Of a stretch of DNA of 64,000 nt, positions 1-11,800 are shown one piece after another. The translations under genes and the position numbers were made by a program. The notes beneath the pieces are model-generated. The model had not been told where the DNA came from. It did not search any database and worked only from the letters and a program-made list of their open reading frames with translations. The first letter of the stretch is position 1; each line of letters begins with the position of its first letter. This stretch comes from a virus: IMG/VR virus record IMGVR_UViG_3300024358_000010; one strand, given 5' to 3'.

Positions 1-1376
1 GTCTGCGCACCCGTAGTTACAGTACCTTGCGCTGTTGCAGATGCTGCGGTAACATTTGCGCCATCTACGCTTAATGGGAAATTCGTACCAACCGCTGGAG
101 CATTTAGTGCATAGTTGAAAGAGGCCGAAACATAACCGGCAATACTGGGAAGCGTCATTCTTACGTAGTTGCTTGCATAACTTACCGAGAAACCGGATGG
201 CGGCGTGTCGCCTGAGGTTTGATACGATACGTTGTAGTCAGTGCCTGCGCCGTTTTTAGAGAACTGGATCGAGATATAAAACCGCAAGTCAGTCGTGCCG
301 TCAATATACACCCAGCCAACCATTTCTCCTGCGTCGTATGCTGGAGCCACTAGTTGAACGTTCGTGGTTGCGTTGTTTGGCAAGCTTATTTGTGTTCTCG
401 CGTTTGCTCCACCAACGACTACACCGCGGTAGTTAAGCACATATGCGCTTGTTGCAGAATCAGCAATAAGCATTGGTTTGGAAATACTGCCAATCGTTGT
501 TGGTTCATTTACCGTCAGTCCGCCGGCTACAGAATCAGACAAGAAATAAACTTCACCCGGAGTCAGGCCGCTAAGTCCGGTGATATAACCAAGCTCAGTT
601 AACGTAAACTTGCTAGCAGAAGCCTTGCTTACGACACCGATAGCTTCTGCCGTATTAGCAGCGTTTGCCTGCGCTTTTGCGTAGGTGGATCCAGTGTAAT
701 AGACCACATCACCAACTGCAAATGAGTTAGCTTGGGTGATTTCTTTAGAAGCGCCAGAGCCGCCGCCAGATCCGCCACCGCCGACAAATTGATAGATGTT
801 TTCGTTGAGAACTTTAGAGTACGTGCTTGCGCCTTTGGTCATAACGATATAGCCAAGAGCAAAAGCATCGCTAGGCGGTACAGGAAGCACAGCAAGATCT
901 GCTGATGCTGCAGGTACACCGATCTCCATGCCGAACTGATAAACGCTTGCAGAGGTTGCACTTAGCCAAACCAGAACCTTAACAAACTGACCGTTAGTCA
1001 TCGAAGGAAGGCTGTAGCTACCTGCAAGGGTTAGGCCAGAAGCGGTTGCGGCGCCAGTTGTGGCGTTGAATTCGATGTAGCCGCTGCCGGTGTAGTTTGG
1101 AAGAACACCGCCGATAGGTGGGATCGTTCTGCTTCGCTCGTGGCCGCTGTCGGCGGCGCCAGTATCTAGCGTCTTAACAGCGATGCTGTCGATGTAGAGC
1201 CTTTGATCAGGCGATCCATCCACACCGGATCCCAGGTTTGCCCTCATCCTAAGGGGCATCGTGAGCTCATCGTTGATGAGGTTCATGATCGCGTCTAGGC
1301 GCAGATCAGTGGTTGTGCTTAATTGGTCGAGCTTTGAGCGCTGACGTGTTTGTCGTGAGTCTAACTTAAGTGCCAT
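1..1376 (-). CDS. Tail fibre / receptor-binding protein, runs off the window start (partial)
   Basis: Absent from the ORF track. Own translation from ATG 1376 (RBS GAGAGGGA) gives MALKLDSRQTRQRSKLDQL...GGGGSGGGSG...FAVGDVVYYTGSTYAKAQAN...EAIGVV, open to position 1. Gly/Ser/Thr-rich beta composition; last gene of the tail module. Confidence 0.75.
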   Translation of the reverse strand, partial: MALKLDSRQTRQRSKLDQLSTTTDLRLDAIMNLINDELTMPLRMRANLGSGVDGSPDQRLYIDSIAVKTLDTGAADSGHERSRTIPPIGGVLPNYTGSGYIEFNATTGAATASGLTLAGSYSLPSMTNGQFVKVLVWLSATSASVYQFGMEIGVPAASADLAVLPVPPSDAFALGYIVMTKGASTYSKVLNENIYQFVGGGGSGGGSGASKEITQANSFAVGDVVYYTGSTYAKAQANAANTAEAIGVVSKASASKFTLTELGYITGLSGLTPGEVYFLSDSVAGGLTVNEPTTIGSISKPMLIADSATSAYVLNYRGVVVGGANARTQISLPNNATTNVQLVAPAYDAGEMVGWVYIDGTTDLRFYISIQFSKNGAGTDYNVSYQTSGDTPPSGFSVSYASNYVRMTLPSIAGYVSASFNYALNAPAVGTNFPLSVDGANVTAASATAQGTVTTGAQ

Positions 1377-1492
1377 GAGCTATCCCTCTCTAGCTTTTGG
1401 TTGCGGGGGCAAAAGCGCACAGCGCGTCTCGTTTGCTCCCCGAGATCGTACTCTATATACTATATCATATCGCGTTATTTGCTATAAATCTA

Positions 1493-4400
1493 CTATAATA
1501 AACTCAAGGCCTTAAATAGCGCCTGACTCGCATCGATACGGTACTCTAAGACATCGCCAGTGTCAAGATCTTGCTGTATCGTGATCTGGTTCGAGTCTGC
1601 ACCCGCGACACCAACTTCTAAGTAATCGTCACCCAGCAGTAATTTCTGACCGTTCAAATAAACCGTCAAGAATCCTGCGCCGACCGTGTAATAACGGATC
1701 ACGTTACTTGCCCTTGAATCCACTGGTAAAGTTAAAGTGGCACCAGAGATTACCGCAGTTATCTGAGTGTCCGCTTCCTGGTAGATACTGGCGTTCACAC
1801 CGACCGTCTTAGGCTGAAGGACAATCTTGTTGTTGGCGACAGCGGTTCCCAATGAGAACACTGGAGTACCGTAAGTCGTCGGTCTGACGCCGGTCGCGAC
1901 GCCGGCAGATACGGTAGATAAATAAGCGGCTTGACCAACTGTCAAAGAGCTCGTAGCAACCGTGGCAACACCTGCGATCTGTACCTGACCGGTAGAGCCA
2001 TCGGCTATATTCTGGTACGCGACGCCGATAGTTTTCAGCGCGTTAGGCAGAGTAGACGCCGTAGCCAGAACTATTTGGTTGGTTACGGTGTCTGCCGCTA
2101 CAACGGCACCAACCGGGATCAGGGTTCCCGTGTTATTGGTGAACACTGCCAAAAGGTTGGGAACACCAGCAACCACTAATTGATTGCTTTGGATTTGGAT
2201 GGAGGTTCCGTCAACCGCGACGCCCAAACCGTTCGCACCGGTGACAATAGCACCAGCAGCATCCAGCTTCACGCCGAGCTGGTTGGTCGCAACTTGCAGA
2301 GTCGGGTTGACGGTCTCGAGGTTTACGCCGACACCGCTGGCGCCAGAAGTAATCGCTCTCGCGCCGTCTAGTTTAACGTCTAGAGCGTTAGCCGTAATCG
2401 CCAAACCAGGATTCGTGACGTTCAAATTAACGCCGATACCAGAAACACCAGAGGTAACCGCTCGTGCCGCATCCAATTTAACGTCTAATTTATTGGATGC
2501 AATCTTTAATCCTGGATCAACGGTTTCAAGATTTACGCCGACTCCAGTTGCGGCAGACACGATCGCGCCAGAGGTATCTAGATTAACGCCTAAACGGTTG
2601 GTGGTAATCTTAAGAGAAGGATTCGTGGCTTCTAGTTGAACGCCGATACCAGAAGCACCAGTAACAACCGCACCTGCGCCGTCTAACTTCACGCCGAGCT
2701 GGTTGGTGTCGATTTTAAGTGAAGGATTTGTCCCTTCCAAATTAACGCCGATACCGGACAAACCAGAAGTGATGGCTCTCGCACCATCCAGTTTAACGTC
2801 TAGTTGGTTCGCGGTGATTGCTAGACCCGGATTGCTGGTCGCCAAATTGACACCGATACCAGCGCCAAGAACGTCTGCAACGATAGCCTTTGCGGGATCG
2901 AGGTTGACAGATAAGTTGCTGCCTGACAGCTCCATCGAGTTCGCGTCTAGATTAAGCGAGATGCCAGTTGCGCCTAAAGTCAACGCGCCACCGGCTGGAA
3001 CTTTTGCTTTTAACTTGCCAGTAGCAAACTCTAATCCCGAGTTAGTTGCTAGATCCACAGATATCGTCGAGCCGGTGATGTCGACGCCGTTACCTTCGGT
3101 CAAGAAGGAGGTCGGGTTGACGATGGCGTTCGTGATATTTACCGTGTCTGGTACGAAACCAGGACGAGTATGCTTTAAATCACCGCTCGTATCTACCCAA
3201 AGACCGTTTTGCCCTAATGCTAACGGGTTTCCTGCCTGCGGAGTAAATTCAATACCGGCAGGGTCGATGACGCCCGTGATCGCCATATCGCCCGTAATCG
3301 AAAGCGCTTTACCAACACCGCCTGGCATATTCAGCGTAACCGGTGAACCAGAGGTAACCGCGATCACGTTGTTGTTGTTGTAGGCTTGCTGGAGAGTGGT
3401 GGTCGAGAAGCTCTGAGGCGTCGTATACATACCGCCAATGCTGCCGATCCTGAAGCTTAAAACGTCGCCTTCTATCAAATCCTGCAGGATCTCAATCTGG
3501 CTAGAAGCAGAATTCAGCGTTCCAAACTCATTGTAGTCTTCGCCGCGCTTCATGCGCTGACCATTGAGGAACATCTCGAGCTGACCAGATCCAACCATAT
3601 AGTAGCGGGTCGAGTTGTCGTTTCTGCTGTCGTTTGGAAGGTAGATCGTATCGCCAGACAGCTTTGGTGCTTGAAACTCGTTGCTGTTAGCTGGCGCACC
3701 CGACACGCCAATCTTATCTTCGTCGTATATGTTGCCGATCTGGAAGTCGTGCCTGAGTTTAATCAGCGCGCCCATCTTCGTCGTGTAGAGGACGATCACG
3801 TCCTGATCAGTCGGCACGTCTTCGTTGTTGGTGACGTAGAGTGCACCGGCGACGTCTGTGTCCTGGTAGGATGCCGACGTCTGAACCGTGTTGAAGGTTT
3901 TGTTGGCGCGGCGGTTGATCCGCACCCAAATAGATTTATTGTTTCCGACTGCAAAACCAGTGGGATACGTGGTATTGATCGCCGTGGTGTCGATCTCGTT
4001 GGTGACGTTGCTGCCGGGGATGATGATCCGCACGTAGCCATTGGTGTTGTAGTAGACGAATCCTGCACCAGAGTAGTTTACGCCGGCTTCATCGTGGATC
4101 ACCACGTTTCTATTCTGACCAGTCTCGTTGTCATTGCTGGTCCACGATCCGCCGTTAGGGATCTTAGATCCGTCCCACGTGTAGATCTCAGTACCAGTAA
4201 GGCGATACAAAAGAATAATTTTGTTTTCGCCGAGTTCAAATGATGAATCTAAGCTCTCAACTTGAGCATTTACCGTGCCAACTGCGTTTCTGTCAATCGT
4301 GGCAGTTAGTGCCTTGTTAGCTGCCATGTTGAACGGGCTAGCAGGCAAAGTTAGCTGTTGATTGCCAGTCCCAGGCAGCATCGCGTAGATGGGATCTCCA

Positions 4401-6583
4401 GCGTACGCGATAACTTGGTTGGCACCAGATGTTGTGTTCCTGAACGTGACTCGCCCAGTGATCTTAGTGTCGCGATCTTGAACTCTGTCGGCCATCATGG
4501 CCGTTAACTTAGCAGCGCGTTCAGTTAGACTGTCTGTTGCGCTGGCGTTGTAGTTGGCAAATCCAGCCAAAGCGTTATAGCTTTGTGGCAAGAAATAGTT
4601 CGGCGTTGTCTGGGCCAAGGAGTCCATGCCGATGTACTGCATGATATTCGCAGAATCAGGCTGGTTGATATCGATAGATTCGCCCTGAACTACCTCAACA
4701 GCGCCAAGCTCAGTCTTCATGATGACTTTAGCGCACGTTGCCGTACCTTCCGCACCGACATCCAGGTTCGTATCGAACGGGATTTGGAAGGCGGTGTCGC
4801 TTCTAAAATTGATAAGATATTTACCGCTTTGGTAAGAGTCGTACGCAGTTCCTGTGTTCTCGATAATCACTGTCTGGTTAGACGCAAAACCGTGACTCGA
4901 TGACTCTGCCACGAACCCTTGAGAACCTATGGTGCGGGACTGCGTGGTTACGACGGCCCAAGACACAGTAATGTTGCTTGGGTTGGTTGTCGCGGTGGTT
5001 TCGATATTTACTACGGTCGTGCTCTCAACTTCTACTTTGTACACCCCATCGTACGCGCCAGCGTTAGCGACCACAACCCTGTCGCCGTCAACCAGTCCGT
5101 GGGCCGATGAGAAGTTTAATTTGGCGCGCTTACCATCAGAGTCAGACACGTCTACGTCGTTCGCGTAAGTGGCGTCAATGGAGCCGATATCCATTATGGT
5201 GTCTGAGCGGTTTGCCAGCCAGTAAAAATCACCACCGACGGCATATGACGTCACAGAGTCTCTGTCATCGACGTTGATGTCTGGGTTTTCGTAAACACCT
5301 CTAGTGTAGACTGCGGAGTCAAGAGCAGAAGTGCCGGCGTATGGTTCCTCAAGAAGGATGGACACTGCAGTGCTTGGTGACGCTGGACTTCCACTGGCGC
5401 CCAGTGCGGCAAAAAAACCAACTACGCGGACGTACAAATTCTCATTGTCGCCCTTGCGCTTAATCCAGTCGCCGAGTTTCAAGTTTTGAAATAGTTCCGC
5501 CGCGCCGTTGACATAGTTTAAACCGTTGCTGAACGTGACTGGGGTATCGAGCGCGTTGATCTTGGCATTGCGGACCATCTGGATCCACATTACCTGCTCG
5601 TTGTCGAGCTGTATGCCTGTCGTAGGGTTTTCGCGAACGATGATATCCCGCTTATCGTTCATCTTGCGGTAGAGGATGTCTTCTGACCACGTCACCTTAC
5701 CCGGCGTGGATTCGTCATGGCTCCATTGACCCTTTGATTTCACGCTGCTCGCTAGCGCGTCGTCGAAAATGTTTACCAAGTTGAGTGCCTGAGTAGTCTC
5801 GTACCAGTAGGTGGTACCAGACAGTTCAAGCAACTTCGTCATCACGGCGTCCATCCAGTCCTTAAGATTCTGGATGTTCTTATCGCCGCCGAAGAACGGG
5901 CTGGGAGAAGCTGATGTTTGTATCGTAGATGGCGGTTCGTTTCGTGCGTACTGAGATTCTGGCAGAGGTGGGAATTGGAATGTGGCGTTAGAGTCTGGCG
6001 ATACACCGCCAGTTCCAAGCCTGAACATCATGTTTCTCGCGTCGGTGATCTTCTCTACTGTGGAAACGCTGCTGTACTCTATGATGGCAACTGGAACGGT
6101 ACCGTCTGGAAAACCAGACGTAGAAACACCTACTTGCACAACTAGCACGGACTCAGTGTTGATGTCTTGGTTGAATTCACCACCTTGCCCACCGTTCAAG
6201 TCGACGTCCCAGAAAGCCCTCGTGTCCTGCGCTGCTCCGGTGGTGGTTAGGGTCAAATAAACATAGTTGATTGCGCCAGGACGCAGCTCTGGAACTAATG
6301 GTGCCGATAGGGCGTTGCCGTCGGGAAGACCATAGAAAAAGCTTCCTGCCGAAGATCCTGGGTAGTAAATAACGGAATCAGAAACCTTAATCGTGACGCC
6401 AGCTGTATTGATTGCCTGAGGAGCGTCAATGATTTCAAAGCCTTTTAGTATTAGACCGCGATCGCCTACAAAGCTTCTTATCAGCTCTTTAAAGTCTGAC
6501 GCCACGTACGATTGCAGGGCCAAAAAATCTGGCAGGTCGATACGCTGCTGAGAGCCAATTAAAAGTCTTCCCAAGACCGCCAT
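1493..6583 (-). CDS. Large tail fibre / baseplate-attached fibre protein (~1696 aa)
   Basis: Start moved to ATG 6583 (GGAG upstream). Contains a 35-aa repeat shaft and a duplicated YxVGxGxLxxxLNGQ domain; follows the baseplate genes. Confidence 0.75.
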   Translation of the reverse strand: MAVLGRLLIGSQQRIDLPDFLALQSYVASDFKELIRSFVGDRGLILKGFEIIDAPQAINTAGVTIKVSDSVIYYPGSSAGSFFYGLPDGNALSAPLVPELRPGAINYVYLTLTTTGAAQDTRAFWDVDLNGGQGGEFNQDINTESVLVVQVGVSTSGFPDGTVPVAIIEYSSVSTVEKITDARNMMFRLGTGGVSPDSNATFQFPPLPESQYARNEPPSTIQTSASPSPFFGGDKNIQNLKDWMDAVMTKLLELSGTTYWYETTQALNLVNIFDDALASSVKSKGQWSHDESTPGKVTWSEDILYRKMNDKRDIIVRENPTTGIQLDNEQVMWIQMVRNAKINALDTPVTFSNGLNYVNGAAELFQNLKLGDWIKRKGDNENLYVRVVGFFAALGASGSPASPSTAVSILLEEPYAGTSALDSAVYTRGVYENPDINVDDRDSVTSYAVGGDFYWLANRSDTIMDIGSIDATYANDVDVSDSDGKRAKLNFSSAHGLVDGDRVVVANAGAYDGVYKVEVESTTVVNIETTATTNPSNITVSWAVVTTQSRTIGSQGFVAESSSHGFASNQTVIIENTGTAYDSYQSGKYLINFRSDTAFQIPFDTNLDVGAEGTATCAKVIMKTELGAVEVVQGESIDINQPDSANIMQYIGMDSLAQTTPNYFLPQSYNALAGFANYNASATDSLTERAAKLTAMMADRVQDRDTKITGRVTFRNTTSGANQVIAYAGDPIYAMLPGTGNQQLTLPASPFNMAANKALTATIDRNAVGTVNAQVESLDSSFELGENKIILLYRLTGTEIYTWDGSKIPNGGSWTSNDNETGQNRNVVIHDEAGVNYSGAGFVYYNTNGYVRIIIPGSNVTNEIDTTAINTTYPTGFAVGNNKSIWVRINRRANKTFNTVQTSASYQDTDVAGALYVTNNEDVPTDQDVIVLYTTKMGALIKLRHDFQIGNIYDEDKIGVSGAPANSNEFQAPKLSGDTIYLPNDSRNDNSTRYYMVGSGQLEMFLNGQRMKRGEDYNEFGTLNSASSQIEILQDLIEGDVLSFRIGSIGGMYTTPQSFSTTTLQQAYNNNNVIAVTSGSPVTLNMPGGVGKALSITGDMAITGVIDPAGIEFTPQAGNPLALGQNGLWVDTSGDLKHTRPGFVPDTVNITNAIVNPTSFLTEGNGVDITGSTISVDLATNSGLEFATGKLKAKVPAGGALTLGATGISLNLDANSMELSGSNLSVNLDPAKAIVADVLGAGIGVNLATSNPGLAITANQLDVKLDGARAITSGLSGIGVNLEGTNPSLKIDTNQLGVKLDGAGAVVTGASGIGVQLEATNPSLKITTNRLGVNLDTSGAIVSAATGVGVNLETVDPGLKIASNKLDVKLDAARAVTSGVSGIGVNLNVTNPGLAITANALDVKLDGARAITSGASGVGVNLETVNPTLQVATNQLGVKLDAAGAIVTGANGLGVAVDGTSIQIQSNQLVVAGVPNLLAVFTNNTGTLIPVGAVVAADTVTNQIVLATASTLPNALKTIGVAYQNIADGSTGQVQIAGVATVATSSLTVGQAAYLSTVSAGVATGVRPTTYGTPVFSLGTAVANNKIVLQPKTVGVNASIYQEADTQITAVISGATLTLPVDSRASNVIRYYTVGAGFLTVYLNGQKLLLGDDYLEVGVAGADSNQITIQQDLDTGDVLEYRIDASQALFKALSLL
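2230..2860 (-). repeat. About six tandem 35-aa (105 bp) coding repeats, fibre shaft
   Basis: GIGVNLATSNPGLAITANQLDVKLDGARAITSGLS and variants repeat in the translation; boundaries approximate. Confidence 0.85.
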
Positions 6584-6677
6584 ACATAACTCCAAAATAC
6601 TATTATGCTTTTTAAGCAGTAGAGGTCGATTTGCTTGACCCCGTCTAGTAGCTTATAGCATTATACAGTACCTATAA

Positions 6678-8813
6678 TTAATCCAACGGGTTGTCTGGCG
6701 TTTGGGAATAGACATCAAAAGCAGAATAATATAGAGTTGGGTACCGTACCATATACCGAAGGAACACACCCGCACTCTTAACCTCTTCGATGAGATTCTG
6801 CAGGATGACCCTCGCTGCCGACGGATCTGATACGTAGAACCCATATTCCTTGCCGAGTCCGCTCATGACGTGGGCACCTTTTCGCCTTATGGCGGTGATG
6901 GATGACCCGGGCGGATGGTCGTACTGAAATATGTAAGCAGGATCAAGAGCCAAGACACCTTCTGAGGCCTTATATAGATACCTAACTGGCCCTTCTTGGG
7001 TATTCAGACCGTAGTCGAATATCAGGAAACCTTGCTCCTCTGGGATGTTGTTTGGTGTTTGTATCTGCAGGTTTAGCACGATGTTACCGGCTTTTACATC
7101 TGTAATCACCTCGCCGACAAATGATGATATTACAAAAGCCGCCTTGGTGTCGTACAAATATGGACCTAAAACACCGGTATTAATATTCGCAGTGGTCAGG
7201 TACAATTTTGAATCGCTGTTTGCTAAACCAACCTTCTCAACCCTAATAGATCCGCCAGAGCCAACAGACGTGGTTCCGTTTGTCTGGAAAGTAAACTCAG
7301 TAGGAGAAACGATCTCGCCAGCTTCAAACACGCCGTTAAAGCTTCCTCCGACAACGTCGTATACTCTCAGGGATTGACCTACTTTTAGATCGTGGTTAGT
7401 TGAAGTGATAACCGACACCACTCCATTAGAGTCGCACGATATCGATGATATGGAGAGCTCGTAAACCTGAGCTAGATCTGGCAGGCTGGGTGTCACGCCT
7501 CCAAGAACGTATTTTTGAGTCAGTGGGTTTAGCGTCTTTGACGTGTATGAATACTTTTGCTCGTACGCGTCAAAGCTTCCAATTATATCCTGAGATGCGA
7601 GTGTGTCCTGGGTCGGCGTTACGATACGGTTTTTGATTTGCTCTAACTTTTCAAGCACAAACTGTCCAGCATTAGGCCAGTCTTCACCGTTCTCGATCTC
7701 AATTGACGAATTTGACGGCGTATCTGTCACGCTCGACACGACGCCGTTCAAATGCGCAGAACCCTTAAGTTCGCGCCTAACCACGGGCGGTGTTGCGGGC
7801 ATCTCAATTATTATCTCCCCAGGGGATACTTCCCAGACTATAGAGCGATTGTTTCTCGTATAGACGACAGATCTTTCCGGCCTAACAAACCTGACAAAAT
7901 AGTTGGGGATTAGACCGTGATCAAAAGATCCCGGGGTGGAAAACAAGTTATTGAATTCAAAGTAATCTTCTGTCAAGTTAACATTTATTATCTGGAACGT
8001 TCCAGAGTTACCCGGCATATCAATCACGACATTATCGCCGACCCGCACTAAACTCAACCCGATAGGAGATCCGCCTGCGTGCGTAAAACGCGTCGTGTCG
8101 CCAATCTTTGTGATAGTCCACTGCGTAGTCTCGCCAGATCCAGCGTCTGGAATAATCCCTTTAAATCTTAATGAGATGTCTACCCGACCACCAGTGACCT
8201 CTACTGAACCTTTAGACCCAATGGTTTTCGTAAAAATTCTTACGTAGCTTCTTTTGGTGATCTTGTTCTCAAATGAGACCGCAAAGCTATATTTTGCCTG
8301 GCGATTTATGGCAGAAACGATCTCCTCAGCTGACGCTGAAGATACGTCAGTAAATTCAGACGCGCTGAAAAGTATGCGCTCATAGTTGATCGCGTCCACC
8401 GTGTATTCGAGTTCCCATCCGTCCTTAAGAAAAAATGGTTCAAATTCAGTAGATTCAACAAGCGCAGTAGTTGACTCCCGGAAGAAGAAGATGTCTAATA
8501 GCTGGTCAATAACTAGTTTAACCTGTTTAGGTTGATACGCCAATATCGGCACGTACCGTCTGAGAGTTGCGTCGTCCATGCCGACAACTTTAGGTCTAGA
8601 AACTTTGTAGTTTGCCGCAAGGCGGTCGATATACGGTCTGCTTGCTGTAGCGATGAAGAACTGCTTTCTAACTTCCTCAATCAAATCCTGTGCATCCTGG
8701 TCAGACTCACCAATAGCCTCAACCAACGCCTTCCAATTTGGGTTAACCCGCGTGTTGAAGTACGGGTTAAGTAAATCGTGGATGTTATCAGTAGCTGTTC
8801 TATTGTTTGCCAT
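6678..8813 (-). CDS. Baseplate wedge subunit (711 aa)
   Basis: Directly downstream of the baseplate-J-like gene. N-terminal DRLAANYKVSRP..DDATLRR and C-terminal LIEEVKSAGV resemble P2 gpI/T4 gp7-type wedge partners. Confidence 0.6.
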   Translation of the reverse strand: MANNRTATDNIHDLLNPYFNTRVNPNWKALVEAIGESDQDAQDLIEEVRKQFFIATASRPYIDRLAANYKVSRPKVVGMDDATLRRYVPILAYQPKQVKLVIDQLLDIFFFRESTTALVESTEFEPFFLKDGWELEYTVDAINYERILFSASEFTDVSSASAEEIVSAINRQAKYSFAVSFENKITKRSYVRIFTKTIGSKGSVEVTGGRVDISLRFKGIIPDAGSGETTQWTITKIGDTTRFTHAGGSPIGLSLVRVGDNVVIDMPGNSGTFQIINVNLTEDYFEFNNLFSTPGSFDHGLIPNYFVRFVRPERSVVYTRNNRSIVWEVSPGEIIIEMPATPPVVRRELKGSAHLNGVVSSVTDTPSNSSIEIENGEDWPNAGQFVLEKLEQIKNRIVTPTQDTLASQDIIGSFDAYEQKYSYTSKTLNPLTQKYVLGGVTPSLPDLAQVYELSISSISCDSNGVVSVITSTNHDLKVGQSLRVYDVVGGSFNGVFEAGEIVSPTEFTFQTNGTTSVGSGGSIRVEKVGLANSDSKLYLTTANINTGVLGPYLYDTKAAFVISSFVGEVITDVKAGNIVLNLQIQTPNNIPEEQGFLIFDYGLNTQEGPVRYLYKASEGVLALDPAYIFQYDHPPGSSITAIRRKGAHVMSGLGKEYGFYVSDPSAARVILQNLIEEVKSAGVFLRYMVRYPTLYYSAFDVYSQTPDNPLD

Positions 8814-8822
8814 ATACTACTC

Positions 8823-11800
8823 TTAAGAGAGGCTGATTAGTTCTGGCGTGATGAACGCCTTTTCATCATCTGCTACCGGTATCCGCTCTTCGCTCGGTGC
8901 CGGAGTAGTAAATGTTACCGCGTCGATACCTATAATTGCTTTTACCCTCGCGATAATTTCTGAAAGCACAACGTCACCACCAACGCCCAAGGAGCTGATG
9001 TAGTTGATCACGGCTGACTTGATATCATTAGTGATATCTGTGAGGTTTACGCCCTCTTTGGTCGTGATCTTGAGAGCAATTTGAATCTGCTGGATAAGAG
9101 GAGGAAGAACCTCGATAGAAGACCCAACGGCACGCTGACCAGGATACGTAGAGGACTCGGGCTCATAGCCGTCGATGATTCTTTGAACTGTTCTCATCAG
9201 GCCAGTGTAGTACGAGTAACCATCAACACCGGTAGTGATGCCAAGAGGAAACTCCAGCTTTCCTAAAGATTTAACTTTAGTCTCGTAGGCTTGAGACATC
9301 TTGTATGCGCGGTCAGAAGGATTTAAGTAGAGAATTCGCTGCGTACTGCTGGTCTGGTTGATGGATGTATTGTACACTTGACGAATAGATTTGTATTTAT
9401 AATCTTCGCCTTCTAGCACGTAGAAGCCATCTAGTTTAAGACCAACCGTGCGGTTAGACTGTGATATACCGCTGGCGTTAGTTACTCGGATATAAGGCGA
9501 CAGATATGGCGTATCTATTCCGCTCGAACTTCCCCAGCTAACAACAGGTCTTGTCCCCGTGTTTACTTGGTTAAACCAGTTAAAGCTCGTAAACGCGTCG
9601 ACCACCAGGGAGTCGCCGACTATGACAGAGTCGCCTTCGTAGATTGCCAGATCGTCATCACTGAGGAGCAAGGTTCCTTGGCCGACGTCTGTTTCAAAGT
9701 TAGTAACGACACCAGTTGCAGATGCTGTCACGCCGCGGTAGTTCTGGCCGAGCGTGATGCTAGTGGATCCAACGGACTGAACTTGAACAAAGTAGTCATC
9801 GTCATCCTCGGTCTTCTTGACCCAGTCTCCAGAGCTCACGTTGGCAAAACTTCCAGCAGCTCCAATTACGGTCGACGAACCAGACGTCCACGTGACCGCT
9901 GTGTTGGACGGATAACTACCGTACGACAGCCAGCGATAGGTATTAAGCTCTTCGACGCCGCCAGCATTTTGAATTATAAGCGAGTCGTTGTCGACGGCTA
10001 AAATGCGGAATCTTCCGGCGTTGGCAGAGCTAAAGCTCGAACCGCCGATGACCACGAAGTCATCAACCGCTGCGCCGCAGTCTGCAAAGTACGGACTAGG
10101 ACCCGATGCCCTCGTGATCCTGAACAGATCCAGCATGCCAAGGCTTTCGATCTTGTATTTGGTAGATAAGGCAGAGTGTTTCAGTCTGAATCTTATAAAC
10201 GGTGTTGGGCTTACAGATATGGTCGCGTTTAGTCCAGAGAAAGAAGCACTGGCCATCGTGGCACCAGTTGGGTTCAGCACGTCAACATACCGAGATGCGG
10301 CATTGACGAATACCACTGGAAACCCAGACGCCTTCAAATCTCCAGCCGCGTAAGACTGGTTCGCAGAGGTCCAAGGTGCCGAGAATGTGCCGTAAGCGTT
10401 TAGAACGTCGCCGGCTAAAACATTACTCAAATTAGTTCCAGGTATAGATGCCGCATCAAAGTCTGTCAAGAAGGCAACAGCAGCTGGAGAAAGTGGATCT
10501 GTAAGCGCGATGTATGTCTTGGACACGATAGTGTTCAGCGAATCTGTGCTTAAAATATCTACTTTTACTTTATAGGTGGCGGAATTGTATGGACCGCTTA
10601 CCGTAGATGGCGTGGTTGCGTTTCCGTCTACGGCGTACCATACGGCGTAGGTGGAACCGTCATCCGCTTCAAAATAGAAGTAATCTGCCTGCGTTGGCAC
10701 CGCAGATATGGCCATCGAGAACTGCATCTTTTTACCAGGCACAGCCGGAGGACCTACAACGTCATCTACGCCTTGAGCGTATTCGTAAACTTGAAGCTTA
10801 GCTGATTCTGTTGAGCCATCCGCAATATAGTCTGTAGGAACAGTGGTGATCACGCCGTTTACTTTAGAAGTGATAATGACCTTGGCACCAGATTCTGTGT
10901 GCGTCCATCTCCAGACTAAACCAGCAACTTTTCCGTAAGACGCAGAGACGTCGGCGATAGTCCAGCCAGTAAACGGCCCAATCCTCGTAGTTCTTGGGTT
11001 GAATCGGTAGTAAGCGTTAGAGCCGCTCATTGATATCGAGATGGTGCTGTCACTTGTCAGTCTAGATCTTCTTTTTGCCGGTAGATCATTGTAGATCTCA
11101 ACCAGATCGTTTGAGTTTATGGTGGACGGAAACGCAGAAACCTTAAGCTCAAGGTAATTTACCGATCCTTCGCCAGGCGTCACGATGGCGTCGCCGAATA
11201 TAGAGAATTCGCCGATGTTTGCGCGACCACCAACAATCTCAACGCTTCCAGCGGTACCAAGCTTCTTAGACTTTATCTGTATCCTTCTGAACCTGTCGAC
11301 CACGTCCACTTCAGCAACAATTGGGAGCTGACTCAAAGCTTTCTGCGTTAGGTGGTGCTTGATATTCTTGATGGTTTTAGGTATCAGTTTAAAGAATTCA
11401 CCAAGATCAGCAGATTCTTGGTTGGGGCATGAGTTCATCGTGTAGATAGATGGAACTACGCCCGGCAGAACCAAAGGCTTTTTCAGCGTAAACTGCGGAC
11501 TAGAATTTGAGAAAGTCTGAACAAAAGATTCGCCATCGTGTAGAGACACGTAGCTGTTTAGGCCAGTTGTAGGATCTGGGTTGTGGCCGTACGCGAGCGC
11601 GCTTGGGTTGCCAGAATAAGCGTACACCTCTTCGCGCGTCGCCTTAGAGATCGCTAATGCTGGATCTCCGACCGGAACGGCGATAAGTGTCTGACTGGTA
11701 CTTATCGTGTTGCAAATGCTCGCAACATCGTTGTTAACCAGCGGAAACACACTGCAGGACGTCGTTGCGTTGATACCTTCTACGCCGTCGTCTACGCCTT

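Noticed and set aside
1404-1442. Structured RNA or riboswitch upstream of the first fibre gene
   Set aside because: Only one imperfect hairpin, with no recognisable family features.
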